Positions 38,584 through 49,172 of a stretch of DNA of 64,000 bases are shown here, piece after piece (the stretch's first letter is position 1; each line of letters opens with the position of its first letter). The position numbers and the translations under genes are program-made. This stretch comes from an uncultured Chloroflexia bacterium (GTDB taxonomy: Bacteria; Chloroflexota; Limnocylindria; Limnocylindrales; CSP1-4), in the NCBI GenBank assembly GCA_963819655.1, contig CAWFXA010000002.1, positions 1,216,001 through 1,280,000 of the forward strand, given 5' to 3'. The notes under the pieces are model-generated. The model saw only the letters and a program-made list of their open reading frames with translations. It was not told where the DNA came from and ran no database searches.

Positions 38584-40806
38584 ATGGGACGATACGACGG
38601 TATGACTGCGCGCCTCCGACACCGCGTCGTTGCTGAAACGCGCCCGGAGCGGGCTCCCGGCCAAGGGCGCCCGTCGGTCTTTCGGCGCCTGCTCGCCGCG
38701 CCCGACGCGGCGCGGCAGCTGGAGGAGGAGCCGGACCGCCTGATCGGCCTCGAATCGGAGCTAGCTGAGCGGCTCGACAGCGTCCTCGGCATCGCCGAGC
38801 GTCTCGCCGCGTCTCACGATCGGGAGGACCTGTTCCGCACGATCGTGGACGAGACGAAACGGGCGCTCCGCGTCGACTACGTCACGATCAGGATCCTCCG
38901 CGACGACCAGCTGCACGTCGCCGCGTGGGCGGGTCTGCCCGACGACATCGCCGCCGCCCTGCCGGCGTTCGGCGTCGGTGAGGGCTGGGTCGGCGAAGTG
39001 CTGCGGACCGGTCGATTCGCAGCCTGGACGGACACGCGCACCGATCGGCGCTACGGCTCGAGCAGATACGACGGCATCCTCGAGTTCGCGGGCGATCTCA
39101 TCGCGCCGCTCGTGCATCACGACCGCGTGATCGGGGCGCTGTCGGCGGTGACGCGCGAGCCGCGCGAGTGGACCGACGGCGACGTGGCCTTCCTCACGAC
39201 GCTTGCGACCCATGCCGCGATCGCACTGACCAACGCCGAGCTGTTCGAGCAGACCGAGGCGAAGGCCGCGCAGCTGACCGTTCTCCAGGCGGCCTCCGGT
39301 CGACTCAACCGAGCGACATCGGTCGAGGCGGTCGGGCGAGCACTCGTCGAGGAGACCCGCCGGATCATCGACTACCACAACGCGCGCGTGTACCTCATCG
39401 AGTTGCCCGATCAGGTCGTGCCCATCGCCTTCGAGGGTCGGGTCGGCGCCTACGAGCATGTCGATCTCGACCTGCTGCGCTGCCGTCTCGGCGAGGGCTT
39501 CACCGGCTGGGTCGCGCAGTACGGCGAGCCGCTCCTGATCAACGACGCGAACCGAGATCCGCGAGGGGTGACGATCACCGGCACTGAGGACATCGACGAA
39601 TCGATGCTCGTGGTCCCGATGCTGTACGACGAGGAAACCGTCGGTGTGATCACTCTTTCGAAGCTTGGCCTGGACGGCTTCGACGGCGACGACCTGCGGC
39701 TGCTGGCGATCCTTGCGGACCACGCTGCGACCGCGCTCGAGACCGCGCGCCTTCTGACCCGGAGCCAGGAGCTCGCACTGGAGCTGCGCCGGATGCTCGA
39801 CATGAGCGGCGAGCTCTCGGAGAGCCTCGACCCGCGCCAGGTGGCGAACCTGATGGCGGGCCACCTCGCGCGCGCGATGGGCGTCGATGAATGCGCGATC
39901 AGCTACTGGGATCGACCGTCCGGGCGCGTCGAATCGCTCGGCTATCACCCGCCGCTGCACGAGATCGAGCCCTATTTCGAAGTCGACGGCTTCCCAGAGA
40001 CGCTGCGCGTCCTCGAGCGGCAGGTCACGGTCATCATCGACGCCGAGGACCCACGTGCCGATCCGGCCGAGGTCGCCCTCCTGCGGAGCGACGGGATCCG
40101 CATGCTGGTGATGCTGCCGTTGGTCGCCAAGGGCCAGTCGATCGGCCTCGTCGAACTGTTCTCACGGACGGAGGCGCGCTGGGACGCCCAGCGCCTCGAG
40201 GTCGCGCGGACGATGGCCAACGAAGCGGCCATGGCGCTCGAGAATGCGCGTCTGTACGAGGACGCGCGCAAGCGCGCGGACCGCGACCCGTTGACCGGGT
40301 TCTTCAACCACCGCTATATGCACGAGCGGATGGGGGAGGAGGTCGTCCGCTCCCAGCGCGGCAAGCGCCCGCTGAGCGTGATGATGCTCGACCTCGACGA
40401 CTTCAAACTCGTGAACGACACGTTCGGTCACCTGTTCGGCGACCGAGTCCTGACCTGGGCGGCCGAGCTGATCAAGGCGACGCTTCGTGCGTCGGACGTG
40501 CCGGCCCGGTACGGCGGGGACGAGTTCGCCGTGATCCTGCCCGATACCGATGCTGCCGATGCGGCCCACGCCGCCGAGCGGATCCTCGAGACCTTCCGCG
40601 ATCGGCCCTTCATCGGCGAGCAGCGCGGGCCGGTCCCGATCGCGGCCTCGATCGGCGTGGCAACGTTCCCGACCGACGGCCGGACTGCGACCGAGCTGAT
40701 CGCCTGCGCCGACCTGAGGCTCTACCAGGTCAAGCGCGACGGCGGTCATGGCCGCGCGGCAGGCACGGACGGGTCGACCGAGGATCCGGGCGGGGCATCG
40801 GCGTAA
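38584..40806 (+). CDS. Triple-GAF diguanylate cyclase
   Basis: Three GAF repeats each ending in A.A..(N)A.L; DPLTG..N.R; I-site RASD and GGDEF; start may be 38602. Confidence 0.92.
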   Translation: MGRYDGMTARLRHRVVAETRPERAPGQGRPSVFRRLLAAPDAARQLEEEPDRLIGLESELAERLDSVLGIAERLAASHDREDLFRTIVDETKRALRVDYVTIRILRDDQLHVAAWAGLPDDIAAALPAFGVGEGWVGEVLRTGRFAAWTDTRTDRRYGSSRYDGILEFAGDLIAPLVHHDRVIGALSAVTREPREWTDGDVAFLTTLATHAAIALTNAELFEQTEAKAAQLTVLQAASGRLNRATSVEAVGRALVEETRRIIDYHNARVYLIELPDQVVPIAFEGRVGAYEHVDLDLLRCRLGEGFTGWVAQYGEPLLINDANRDPRGVTITGTEDIDESMLVVPMLYDEETVGVITLSKLGLDGFDGDDLRLLAILADHAATALETARLLTRSQELALELRRMLDMSGELSESLDPRQVANLMAGHLARAMGVDECAISYWDRPSGRVESLGYHPPLHEIEPYFEVDGFPETLRVLERQVTVIIDAEDPRADPAEVALLRSDGIRMLVMLPLVAKGQSIGLVELFSRTEARWDAQRLEVARTMANEAAMALENARLYEDARKRADRDPLTGFFNHRYMHERMGEEVVRSQRGKRPLSVMMLDLDDFKLVNDTFGHLFGDRVLTWAAELIKATLRASDVPARYGGDEFAVILPDTDAADAAHAAERILETFRDRPFIGEQRGPVPIAASIGVATFPTDGRTATELIACADLRLYQVKRDGGHGRAAGTDGSTEDPGGASA

Positions 40807-40902
40807 CCCGACCAGGACGGAAGTACCGGGTCGCATCCGCCATCGGTACCATCCGCCAGTAGTGGACGCGGAGGCGTCTGGGCCGCATCCTTAACTCCCG
40901 AG

Positions 40903-42105
40903 TTGACCCCATCCCCCCCGCGCCCCGCGCGCCCCGTGGACCCTTCGGATCGCCGGATCCGCCGGTCCTGGTGGACCTTCTCCCTCGCGTTCCTACTTGT
41001 CGCCGTCGTGGTTCTCCTCCGCGCGCTCGCGGTGGATGCGACGCTCGCCGACCGGCTCCTGCTTGTCGTCGCCCTGGTCGCCGGTTTCGCGGCGTTCATC
41101 CACGGCTCCGCCGTCTCGGATCTCGGTGCCCGGCGGCGTGACGAGGCCGAGTCGTTCGCGCGGATCCTGAGTGGCCTGTCGCGCTCGGTGTCGCCCGACG
41201 CCATCGTCGACGCGATCGCCGAGGATCTCGGCCAGGCCACGGCCGCGGACCACGTTGGGGTGGTGCGGCGAGCCGAGGACGACCGGGAGCTCGCCGCGCA
41301 CCTCGTGAGCCTCCGCCCCGGCGTCCCGGACCACTCGACGCCGCTCCCGCTCGGCGACCTGGAGGACGAGATCCGGGGGCGACCGGCCACGCCGTCCGAG
41401 GCTGCCGACCGGATCGCCCGCCGCGTGCGCGACGTGTATGGGCTCGGCCAGGTCATGGCGGCCCCGCTGATGACCGCCGACGGCATCGTCGGTGCGCTCG
41501 TCATCTCGCGGCGGGTCGGCTCGACATGGCCGGAGTCCACGCGCCGGATCCTCGGTGGTGCGGCGGTGGAGGCGTCGGCCGCCCTCGCCCGGGCCTACTC
41601 CCACCGCGATGCTGAGGCGCGCGCCTCGACCGATTCGCTCACCGGCCTGCCCAACCGGCGCTACTTCGACGAGTTCGTCGGGCTGCTGGCACAACGCCGC
41701 CGCGCCGGCGACGCGGTCGGCATCCTCATGGTGGATATCGACCGCTTCAAGGCCCTCAACGACAAGCACGGGCATGCGACCGGCGACGACGTCCTGCGCG
41801 CCGTGGCCGGAGCGATCGTGTCCGCAGTGCGCGAGGACGACGTGCCGGCGCGCTTCGGCGGGGAGGAATTCGTCGTCCTGTTGCGCAACCCAGGGCCGGG
41901 GGTCGCGGTGGAGGTCGGCGAGCGGATCCGTGCCGCGGTCCGCGGGCTCGACCTGCGACGGCTCGGGGTTCCGGCGCCGAGCGTCTCGGTCGGCGTCGCG
42001 GTGGCGACGAGCCCGGACGAGGCCATCGCGTCCCTCATCGACGTCGCCGACCAGGCGCTCTATCGTGCGAAGCGCGCCGGTCGCGATCGCGTGGTCGCCG
42101 CGTAG
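40903..42105 (+). CDS. Membrane-anchored GAF-GGDEF diguanylate cyclase
   Basis: Two TM helices, GAF-like segment, DSLTGLPNRR, I-site REDD and GGEEF, ALYRAK.AGR; start uncertain. Confidence 0.9.
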   Translation: MTPSPPRPARPVDPSDRRIRRSWWTFSLAFLLVAVVVLLRALAVDATLADRLLLVVALVAGFAAFIHGSAVSDLGARRRDEAESFARILSGLSRSVSPDAIVDAIAEDLGQATAADHVGVVRRAEDDRELAAHLVSLRPGVPDHSTPLPLGDLEDEIRGRPATPSEAADRIARRVRDVYGLGQVMAAPLMTADGIVGALVISRRVGSTWPESTRRILGGAAVEASAALARAYSHRDAEARASTDSLTGLPNRRYFDEFVGLLAQRRRAGDAVGILMVDIDRFKALNDKHGHATGDDVLRAVAGAIVSAVREDDVPARFGGEEFVVLLRNPGPGVAVEVGERIRAAVRGLDLRRLGVPAPSVSVGVAVATSPDEAIASLIDVADQALYRAKRAGRDRVVAA

Positions 42106-42143
42106 GCCGCGTCGCAGGCCGGGAGCGTCGCCACGGCTGACGC

Positions 42144-42263
42144 GTCGCTCACACGCACACCTTTTCGACGAACGAGCACGGGCCGTCGGCCCAGGCGCAG
42201 GTCAGCCGTCGACTGGGCGGATGGCCATGATCGTTTCGCTCGTCACGGGTGTGCTACAGCGAC
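42144..42263. repeat. 120-bp palindromic dispersed element, copy A
   Basis: Ends GTCGCT/AGCGAC; inner inverted pairs GCACACC/GGTGTGC and GCCCAG/CTGGGC; homologous to 56810-56929. Confidence 0.75.
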
Positions 42264-42323
42264 ATCGCGGGCGCGCTGACTGCCCGGTGTCGGCCACTGC
42301 GCGTCCCGCGTACCATCGCGGCC

Positions 42324-44340
42324 ATGCCCCGCCGCGCCGCCCGCACCGATCCGCCGCCCGACGCCCGCCGCGAGGCCGAGCTGGCCGTCGAGGAGCCGGA
42401 CATCGAGGGGCCGGCGACGGGCGCCGACGACCCCGACCTCGAACCCGCCGACCTCGAACCCGCCGACCTTGACCTTGCCGACGCTGACCTGCGGCCGGAC
42501 GACGAGGACGACGAGCCCGACCGCCAGCTGACGAACGGCGACCTCGCGCGGATCTTCCACGACATCGGCGACATGCTCGAGGTCAAGGGCGAGCTGTCGT
42601 TCAAGACCGTCGCCTATCACCGCGCCGCGGACGCGATCGGGCGCAGCCCGGTCGACCTCGTCGCGGCCTACCGCGACGGCCAGGCACCCAAGATCCCCGG
42701 CGTCGGGCCGCGATCAGCGACAAGATCGCCGAGTTCGCCACGACCGGCCGGATGGCCTACTACGACAAGCTCGTCGCTGAGGTGCCGCCGAGCCTCGTCG
42801 ATCTGCTCCGCATCCCGGGTCTCGGTCCGAAGACCGTCCGCCAGATCTGGAAGGACCTCGGGATCGTGACGATCGACGACCTCCGCAGGGCCGCCGAAGC
42901 CGGCACGCTGCGCGAGCTGCGGGGCCTCTCCGAGCGGACCGAGCAGCTCATCCTCGAGGGGATCGCGCGTCTCGAATCCACGCCCGCGGCGCATGCTCCT
43001 CCACCGGGCGGAAGTCATCGATCCTCGGCCTGATGGAGGCCCTGACGGAGGCACCCGGCCTGCGCTCGATCGAGCCCGCCGGCTCGTTCCGGCGCCGTCG
43101 CGAGACGATCGGCGACCTCGACCTGCTCGCCGAGACCGACGACGGCCCCGGGCTCGATCGAGCGGTTCACGACGCTCGGGCATCGTGGACCAGGTCGCTC
43201 AACAAGGGCGGCTACAAGGCGGCCGTCCAGCTGCTGCGCGGCCCGCAGGTCGACCTGATGGTCATGCCGCCCGGCGAGGCCGGCACGTACCTCATCCACT
43301 TCACCGGCTCGAAGGAGCACAACGTCCGGCTCCGCGAGCGCGCCCGCGACCAGGGCTGGAGCCTGTCGGAGAAGGGCTTCCTGCGGATCGGCGAGGACGG
43401 CGAGCCGCTGACCGGCGACGCCGCCGAGCTGCGGACGTTCGCCACGGAGGAGGAGGCGTACGCGTTCCTCGACCTGCCGTTCATCGAGCCCGAGCTGCGC
43501 GAGGACGAGGGCGAGATCGAGGCGGCGCTCGCCGGCACGCTCCCGCACGCTCATCACGCTCGCCGACCTGCGCGGCGACCTCCACAGCCACTCGGACTGG
43601 TCCGACGGCGACGCACGCGATCGAGGTCATGGCCGAGACCGCGCGCCGTCGCGGCTACGCCTACCAGGTCCTGACCGACCACTCGCCAGTCGCTGGCCAT
43701 CGCCCGCGGCCTGGCGCCCGATCGGGTCGAGCAGCAGCGGGCGATCATCGCCGCGCTCAACGCGCGCTTCGCGGCGGAGGAGGCGGACGGCACCGCGCCG
43801 CCCGAGACGCCGCCCGAGGGCTTCCGACTGCTCCACGGCTGCGAGCTCGAGGTCCGCGCCGATGGCGCCCTCGACTACGACGACGAGCTGCTCGCGCGGT
43901 TCGACCTCGTCGTCGCGTCGGTCCACGTCGTCGCGCCGCCAGCCGCGCGCCGAGCTGACGCGGCGGACGCTCAACGCGATCCGCAGCCCCGCACGTCGAC
44001 GTCATCGCCCACCCGTCCGGCCGGATGATCGGGACGCGCGACGACCTCGACCTCGACTGGGACGCGGTCTACGCCGAGGCGGCGCGGACCGGCACGGCGC
44101 TCGAGATGAACGGGTCGCCCCACCGGCTCGACCTCGCGGTCGAGCGCGCGCGGCGGGCGGTCGAGGCTGGGCTGCGTGCTGTCGATCGACTCCGACGCGC
44201 ACAAGATCGCCGAGCTCGACTACCTGCGCTGGGGCATCACCCAGGCACGCCGGGCGTGGGTCGAGCCGGCACGCGTCCTCAACACGCGCTCCCGGGCCGA
44301 CCTCCTCGCCTGGGTCGCGGACAAGCCGGAGCGGGTGTGA
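42324..44340 (+). CDS. polX: DNA polymerase X / PHP 3'-5' exonuclease (multiple frameshifts)
   Basis: AYHRAA, IPG.G HhH motifs, AGSFRR.RETIGDLD, VDL, HFTGSKEHN, IEPELRED; PHP motifs DLHSHS.WSDG, TDHS, GCE, IAHP, EMN, DSDAH. Confidence 0.9.
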
Positions 44341-44369
44341 GCGCGATCGCCTCGCGTACCATCGCGGCG

Positions 44370-45207
44370 ATGCAGGACGACCGAGCCGGCCGCCGCGACC
44401 TCGCGCTCGCCGCGGTCACGATCGTCGGGCTGTCGCGCCTGATCGAGCCGCCGGGCGTCTGGTTCGTCGCGATCTTCCTGCTCGGCGCGATGCTCCTCGG
44501 CACGCTGCAGGTCCTCGGCGACGAGGCCGCGCGACACGGACAGCCACGCGCTCGGCGTCCCGATCGAGTCGCTCATCCTGCCCGCCGTGGCCGCCGTCGC
44601 CTGCCTCGGCGCGATCCGTCTCGTGCCGTTCGGGCTCGGACTGGTCCCGGCGCTCGCGCGTGACCGGCTTCATCGTGGAGCGCTGACCTCGCGCTCGAGG
44701 CGCGCATCCTCGCCTCGCCGGCCGGCCTCGACGACGACGGTCGCACCGCGGTCCTGGTCACGACGCTGGTCGTCGCGTTCCTCGCGTTCGTCGGCGTCGC
44801 CGCGACCGTGCCGGGCGGGCTCGCCCAGCCCGGGCGCGAGCGGCGCGGCCGGTCTGCCGCTGCCGCGACGCGAGCTGCTGGTCCTCGCCGCCGGCGATGC
44901 CGTCGTCGCGTTCCTGCTCGGGTACCGGGCGGCCGCGCTCCGCGTGACGAGCCTGCGCGACGCGCTGTGGTCCGCGGCGACGTACGCGATCGCGATCGCG
45001 ATCGGCGGCCGCGGCGCTCCGGGCGATCGCAGATCCCGCGGCTGATCGGCCCGGCCCTGCTGACGCTGACGTTCTACCTGTGGGACGCGTTCCACGCGGC
45101 GACGCCGTCCCGCCGGCGGGACGTCCGCTGGCTCTGGCAGACGTCGCTGCTCGGCGGTCCTCGGGCTCGTCGTGATCGGCTGGAACCTGCATGCATCCGG
45201 GACGTAG
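44370..45207 (+). CDS. Hypothetical polytopic membrane protein (frameshifted)
   Basis: Successive hydrophobic helices spread over several frames (e.g. IPRLIGPALLTLTFYLWD); TACCAT 7 nt before the ATG. Confidence 0.6.
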
Positions 45208-45231
45208 GCGGCGGCCGCAGTCGCCGGCCGT

Positions 45232-45261
45232 TTGACGGCACGGCCATCGCGGTGCTAGAAA
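45232..45261 (+). promoter_or_regulatory. Sigma70-type promoter for the TPR gene
   Basis: TTGACG, 18 nt, then TAGAAA with an extended -10 TG. Confidence 0.45.
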
Positions 45262-45358
45262 GCGATGCCCGCAGCACCGTGCACCGCCGCCGGACTCCGA
45301 TCGGAGCCTGCCCCTGACGCCGCACGGCTCATCGCGCCCCCGAAAGGACGACCCGCCC

Positions 45359-46218
45359 GTGACCTTCCCCGACGTCGAGACGACCGCCCAGAGTCCCGTC
45401 AACCTGACCCGGACCAAGCGCCAGCTGGCCGAGCAGGCCATCGCCCAGGCCACCGCCGCGCAGTGGGCGGAGGCGGCCGACGACCAACCGCAAGCTGCTC
45501 GAGCTCGGCCCGGACGCCGAGGCGGAGAACCGCCTGGCCAAGGCGCTCTGGGAGCTCGGCCTGCTCGCCGAGGCGCGCGAGCACTACCAGACGGCGCTCG
45601 CGCTCGATCCGACGAACCGGATCGCCGAGCGCAACATCGACCGGCTCAAGGTCCTCCTCATCGCCGCCGGCGAGCAAGACCGTCCCGGCGCAGGAGGGCA
45701 GCAAGGCCCCGGTCAGCATCTTCGTCGAGGAGACCGGCAAGACCGGGTTCGCCTTCCTGACCGACCTCGCCACCCCCAAGGAGCTGGCCCAGGTCAACCC
45801 GGGCGACGCCGTCGAGCTGACGCCCGAGGGCAACCGGCTCATCGCGTTCAGCAACGGGATGCGCATCGGCGTCGTCGAGCCGCGCGTCGCGGCCCGCCTG
45901 CTCAAGCTCATCGCCGACGGCAACAAGTACGCGGCCGGCGTCACGAGCCTCGGCGACAAGGACGTCCGGCTGATCATCCGCGAGATCTTCCAGGACCCGC
46001 GCAACTACGGCAAGGTCAGCTTCCCGACCGCGGCCAAGTCGACCGACCTGCGGCCGTACACGAAGGGCACCCTCGTCCGCGAGGAGATGGAGCTCGAGGA
46101 GGACCTCGAGGACGACGAGGAGGACGAGGAGATCGAGGACCTCGATCGCGTCCTGCCGCCGGAGTCGACCACGGACGAGGCGTTCGAAGAGGAGCCGGAC
46201 GAGCTCGACGAGGCCTGA
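45359..46218 (+). CDS. TPR protein with HIRAN-like C-terminal domain and acidic tail (frameshifted)
   Basis: TPR-like AENRLAKALWELG...A..HY..AL.LDP.N.IA.RN; FVEETGKT; PGDAVEL.PE...G.RIG.VEP..A.RL..LI..G.KY; Glu/Asp-rich tail. Confidence 0.75.
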
Positions 46219-46298
46219 TCCTCGTCGCCGGGACCGGCGGGCGGGAATGTCCGCCCCCGGTCAGCGGCTCTTCCCATGTGGTCTAGCATCGTGCCGAG

Positions 46299-49112
46299 AT
46301 GACGGTCCGCGTCCACACCTCGCGCGCCGATGTCGGCGGGAACCTGCCCGTCTTCGAGCGCCTCGCACCGGCGCCGCCGCCCGCCCTGCTCGCCGCCCGG
46401 ATCGAGGCCCACACCGGGCCCGGTGACGTCGTCGCCGACCTCGCGGGCCGCGGCGGCTGGGTGGCCCGGGCGGCCGTCGATCGCCAGCGCCGCGCCGTCT
46501 CGATCGAGTCGAGCCCGCTGACGCGGATGCTCGCCGAGGTCGTCCTGCGCCCGCCGGACGTGCGTCACCTCGACGCCGCGTTCCAGGGGATGTCCGCGTC
46601 GCCGCGCGGCGAGTCGAGCCTCAAGGTCTCGATCGGCGACCTGTTCTCGACGCGCTGTTCGACCTGCGGCCGGATCCTCGTCGCCGACGAGTTCACCTGG
46701 TCGAACGAGGCCGACGGCCCGCCCCGACCGATCGCGCGCCACTATCGCTGCACGGTCTGTCGCGACATGCGCGGCGGGACGGAGGCGCGCCACGGCGAGC
46801 TCGAGCCCGACGACCTCGCGCGAGCGCTGAACGACACGGAGGGCGCCACGGCGCGCGCCTGGGCACGCGACCGCTTCCCCGTGGTCGACGGCGCGCCCGA
46901 CCTCGTCGACGAGCTGCTCGACCTCCACACGCCCCGCCAGCTCGTGGCACTGACCGCGATCATGGATCGGATCGAGGCCGACCTGCGGGCCGCCCCGGTG
47001 CTCGCGGCGCTCCGCCTCGCGCTCCTCCATACGCTCATCCCGTCGAGCCGGCTCGCGACCGGCGCCGGCCGCGGTGGCGCGTTGCGGGTCGCGGGCGGAC
47101 ACGTCCGGCTGCCGGCCGCGACCCAGTGGCGCGAGCGCAACCCGTGGCTGGCGTTCGAGGAAGGGTTCCGGACAGTCCGCGGCTTCGTCCAGCATCTCGA
47201 GGGCGGTGCGCTGGGTCCGCTCCAGGCGCGGCTCGGCGAGGACCTGCAGGCGCTCGCCGAGGGATCCGCGACCGCCGTCCTGACGATCGCCAGCCCGTCC
47301 GCTGTGCGTGCGCTCAGCGACGGCGACGGCTTTGGCCGGGCAGCCGGATCCACACCGTCCGTCCGTCTGGTCCTCGGCCAACCGCCGATGCGTCCGAGCC
47401 TGGACCGCCTCGCCGTCGCCTACCACGGGACGGCATGGACGCTGGGCCGCGAGGCCGCTGCCCTGCTTCCGATCGACGCTCTCGCCGACGCGTCGCTGCG
47501 TGCCCCGTGGTCGTGGCAGGCTGTCACGATCGGCCGCGCGCTGGCGGCGGTGGAACCGTCGATGGCCAGGGACGGGCGGGTCGTCCAGCTGGTCGACGGC
47601 GGGGCCGAGTCGCTCGCGGCGGTGGCGATCGGCGCGGCGTCGGCAGGCTACCGCGTGGTCGTCGCGCGACAGTCCGACCCGGATGACGTCGGTGCCGGCG
47701 TCATCGAGATGGTGCCACCCGGCGTCGCCGTGCCGACGGGGCCCCGGACGCGTGCGAACGTCGCCCTGCCGTACCCGTCCGCTGCGGCGCCCGATGTGGA
47801 CGTTGCCCCCGGACGCGGCCTGTTCGCACCGCCGGAGCGGTTCGATCAGCGACCGTTCTCGGCGAGCGATGCCGCCAAGGTCGTGACCGAGGCCGCCGTC
47901 GAGACGCTGCGGGCCCGCGGCGAACCCGCTCGCACCGAGCGGCTGTTCGGCGAGATCCTCGTCGGTCTCGACCGGTCGGGACACCTGCGCAGGCTGTCGA
48001 CCGGCGCCCGGCCCACGGAGACGCCGTCTCGCGCGGACGACGGCCGAGCACCGACGCCGCCCGCCCAGCTGGACCCGCCCGCCCGGCCGGAGTCGCCTGT
48101 CGAGCCCGACGCCCCACCCTCCGGCCCGGTCAATGGCCCGGTCGCGGGCGCGACCGCAGAGCAGGCCGAAGGCGCTGGCGGTCCGCCGGTCGCGACGCGG
48201 CGCGCGACGGCTGTGCCCGACGCCGCCCCGGACCCCGTCGAGCGCCTGCTGGCACTCATCCGCGACGAGCTCGCCCGACCCGACCAGCGCCGACTGACGG
48301 AGATCGAACCCGGTCGCTGGTGGCTGGCGGAACAATCCGATCGCGCTGCCGCCGCCCCGCCGCTCGCGGACCGCGTCGAGTGGGCGGTCTTCAGCCTCCT
48401 GTCGACGGCCGGGCCGCTGTCCGAGGCCGCGTTCTACGACCGCATCGCCACGCTGTTCACCGGGCACGACCTGCCAGACGAGACGCTCGTGCGAGCGTGT
48501 CTCGAGAGCTACCGCAGCCTGGCCAGCACTCCCGACCACCTCGTCACCGGCGACGACCTGCTCCGCCGCAGTCACGAGCACACCGAGCTGCTGGCAGCCA
48601 TCACCGAGGCGGGCCACCGGCTCGGGCTCCGGGTCTGGCTGGCCGAGCGCGAGCAGGCGCGCCGGCTGGGCCGAGGCCACCTCGGCGACATGCTCGACGA
48701 ACGCGAGCGCGGCGCCTACCTCGGGAGCATCGGCCGCGCCGTCGACGCGCTCGCGGAGGTCGATGCGATCTGGTACATCCGCGGCAAGGCCGCCCTGCTG
48801 TTCGAGGTGGAATGGACCGCGATGCTCGGCGAGCCGCTGCTGCGGCGGCACGCCCGGATCGGTGCGGACGAGCGCTTCGTCCGGTTCCTCGTGGTCGCCC
48901 CCGAGCGGACCGACCTGATCCGCCACAAGCTCGAACGGTCGCCGCTCCTCCGCGCCGCGATGGACGAGCACGGCTGGAACCTGATCAAGTGGGACCACCT
49001 GCGCACGTTCCTCTCGGCCGAGCGCCCCGACCTCGACGACCTCGAGCCGTTGCTCGGGCTCGATCCGGTGGTCGAGCGCGGCGGCGAGCAGATGCCGCTG
49101 TTCGGCGGCTGA
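46299..49112 (+). CDS. Degenerate N6-adenine MTase-like / Zn-ribbon / winged-helix / PD-(D/E)XK-like fusion protein
   Basis: GDVVADLAGRGG...RRAVSIESSP (motif I-like), CSTC...CTVC, VLGQPP (motif IV-like), C-terminal H..L...G..LG..VW...VDAIW...LFEVE. Confidence 0.7.
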   Translation: MTVRVHTSRADVGGNLPVFERLAPAPPPALLAARIEAHTGPGDVVADLAGRGGWVARAAVDRQRRAVSIESSPLTRMLAEVVLRPPDVRHLDAAFQGMSASPRGESSLKVSIGDLFSTRCSTCGRILVADEFTWSNEADGPPRPIARHYRCTVCRDMRGGTEARHGELEPDDLARALNDTEGATARAWARDRFPVVDGAPDLVDELLDLHTPRQLVALTAIMDRIEADLRAAPVLAALRLALLHTLIPSSRLATGAGRGGALRVAGGHVRLPAATQWRERNPWLAFEEGFRTVRGFVQHLEGGALGPLQARLGEDLQALAEGSATAVLTIASPSAVRALSDGDGFGRAAGSTPSVRLVLGQPPMRPSLDRLAVAYHGTAWTLGREAAALLPIDALADASLRAPWSWQAVTIGRALAAVEPSMARDGRVVQLVDGGAESLAAVAIGAASAGYRVVVARQSDPDDVGAGVIEMVPPGVAVPTGPRTRANVALPYPSAAAPDVDVAPGRGLFAPPERFDQRPFSASDAAKVVTEAAVETLRARGEPARTERLFGEILVGLDRSGHLRRLSTGARPTETPSRADDGRAPTPPAQLDPPARPESPVEPDAPPSGPVNGPVAGATAEQAEGAGGPPVATRRATAVPDAAPDPVERLLALIRDELARPDQRRLTEIEPGRWWLAEQSDRAAAAPPLADRVEWAVFSLLSTAGPLSEAAFYDRIATLFTGHDLPDETLVRACLESYRSLASTPDHLVTGDDLLRRSHEHTELLAAITEAGHRLGLRVWLAEREQARRLGRGHLGDMLDERERGAYLGSIGRAVDALAEVDAIWYIRGKAALLFEVEWTAMLGEPLLRRHARIGADERFVRFLVVAPERTDLIRHKLERSPLLRAAMDEHGWNLIKWDHLRTFLSAERPDLDDLEPLLGLDPVVERGGEQMPLFGG

Positions 49113-49172
49113 CCCGCGCGCCCGCTACCGTTTCCGCCATCCCCGATCGATCGCATCCGTGAGGCTCCTTTC

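Noticed and set aside
42144-42263. SRP RNA or 6S RNA
   Set aside because: Lacks the SRP CAGG-N-GNRA-N-AGCAG motif, is short for 6S, and has a second diverged copy, which fits a repeat better.
42435-42464. 15-bp tandem repeat GACCTCGAACCCGCC x2
   Set aside because: Encodes DLEPA repeats in the low-complexity acidic N-terminus of PolX; no independent function is evident.
46005-48998. 997-aa antisense ORF (and many other long overlapping ORFs such as 54298-56442, 31805-33466, 1871-3523)
   Set aside because: Shadow ORFs expected at this GC content; Arg/Gly/Ala-biased, no motifs, and opposite to well-supported genes.
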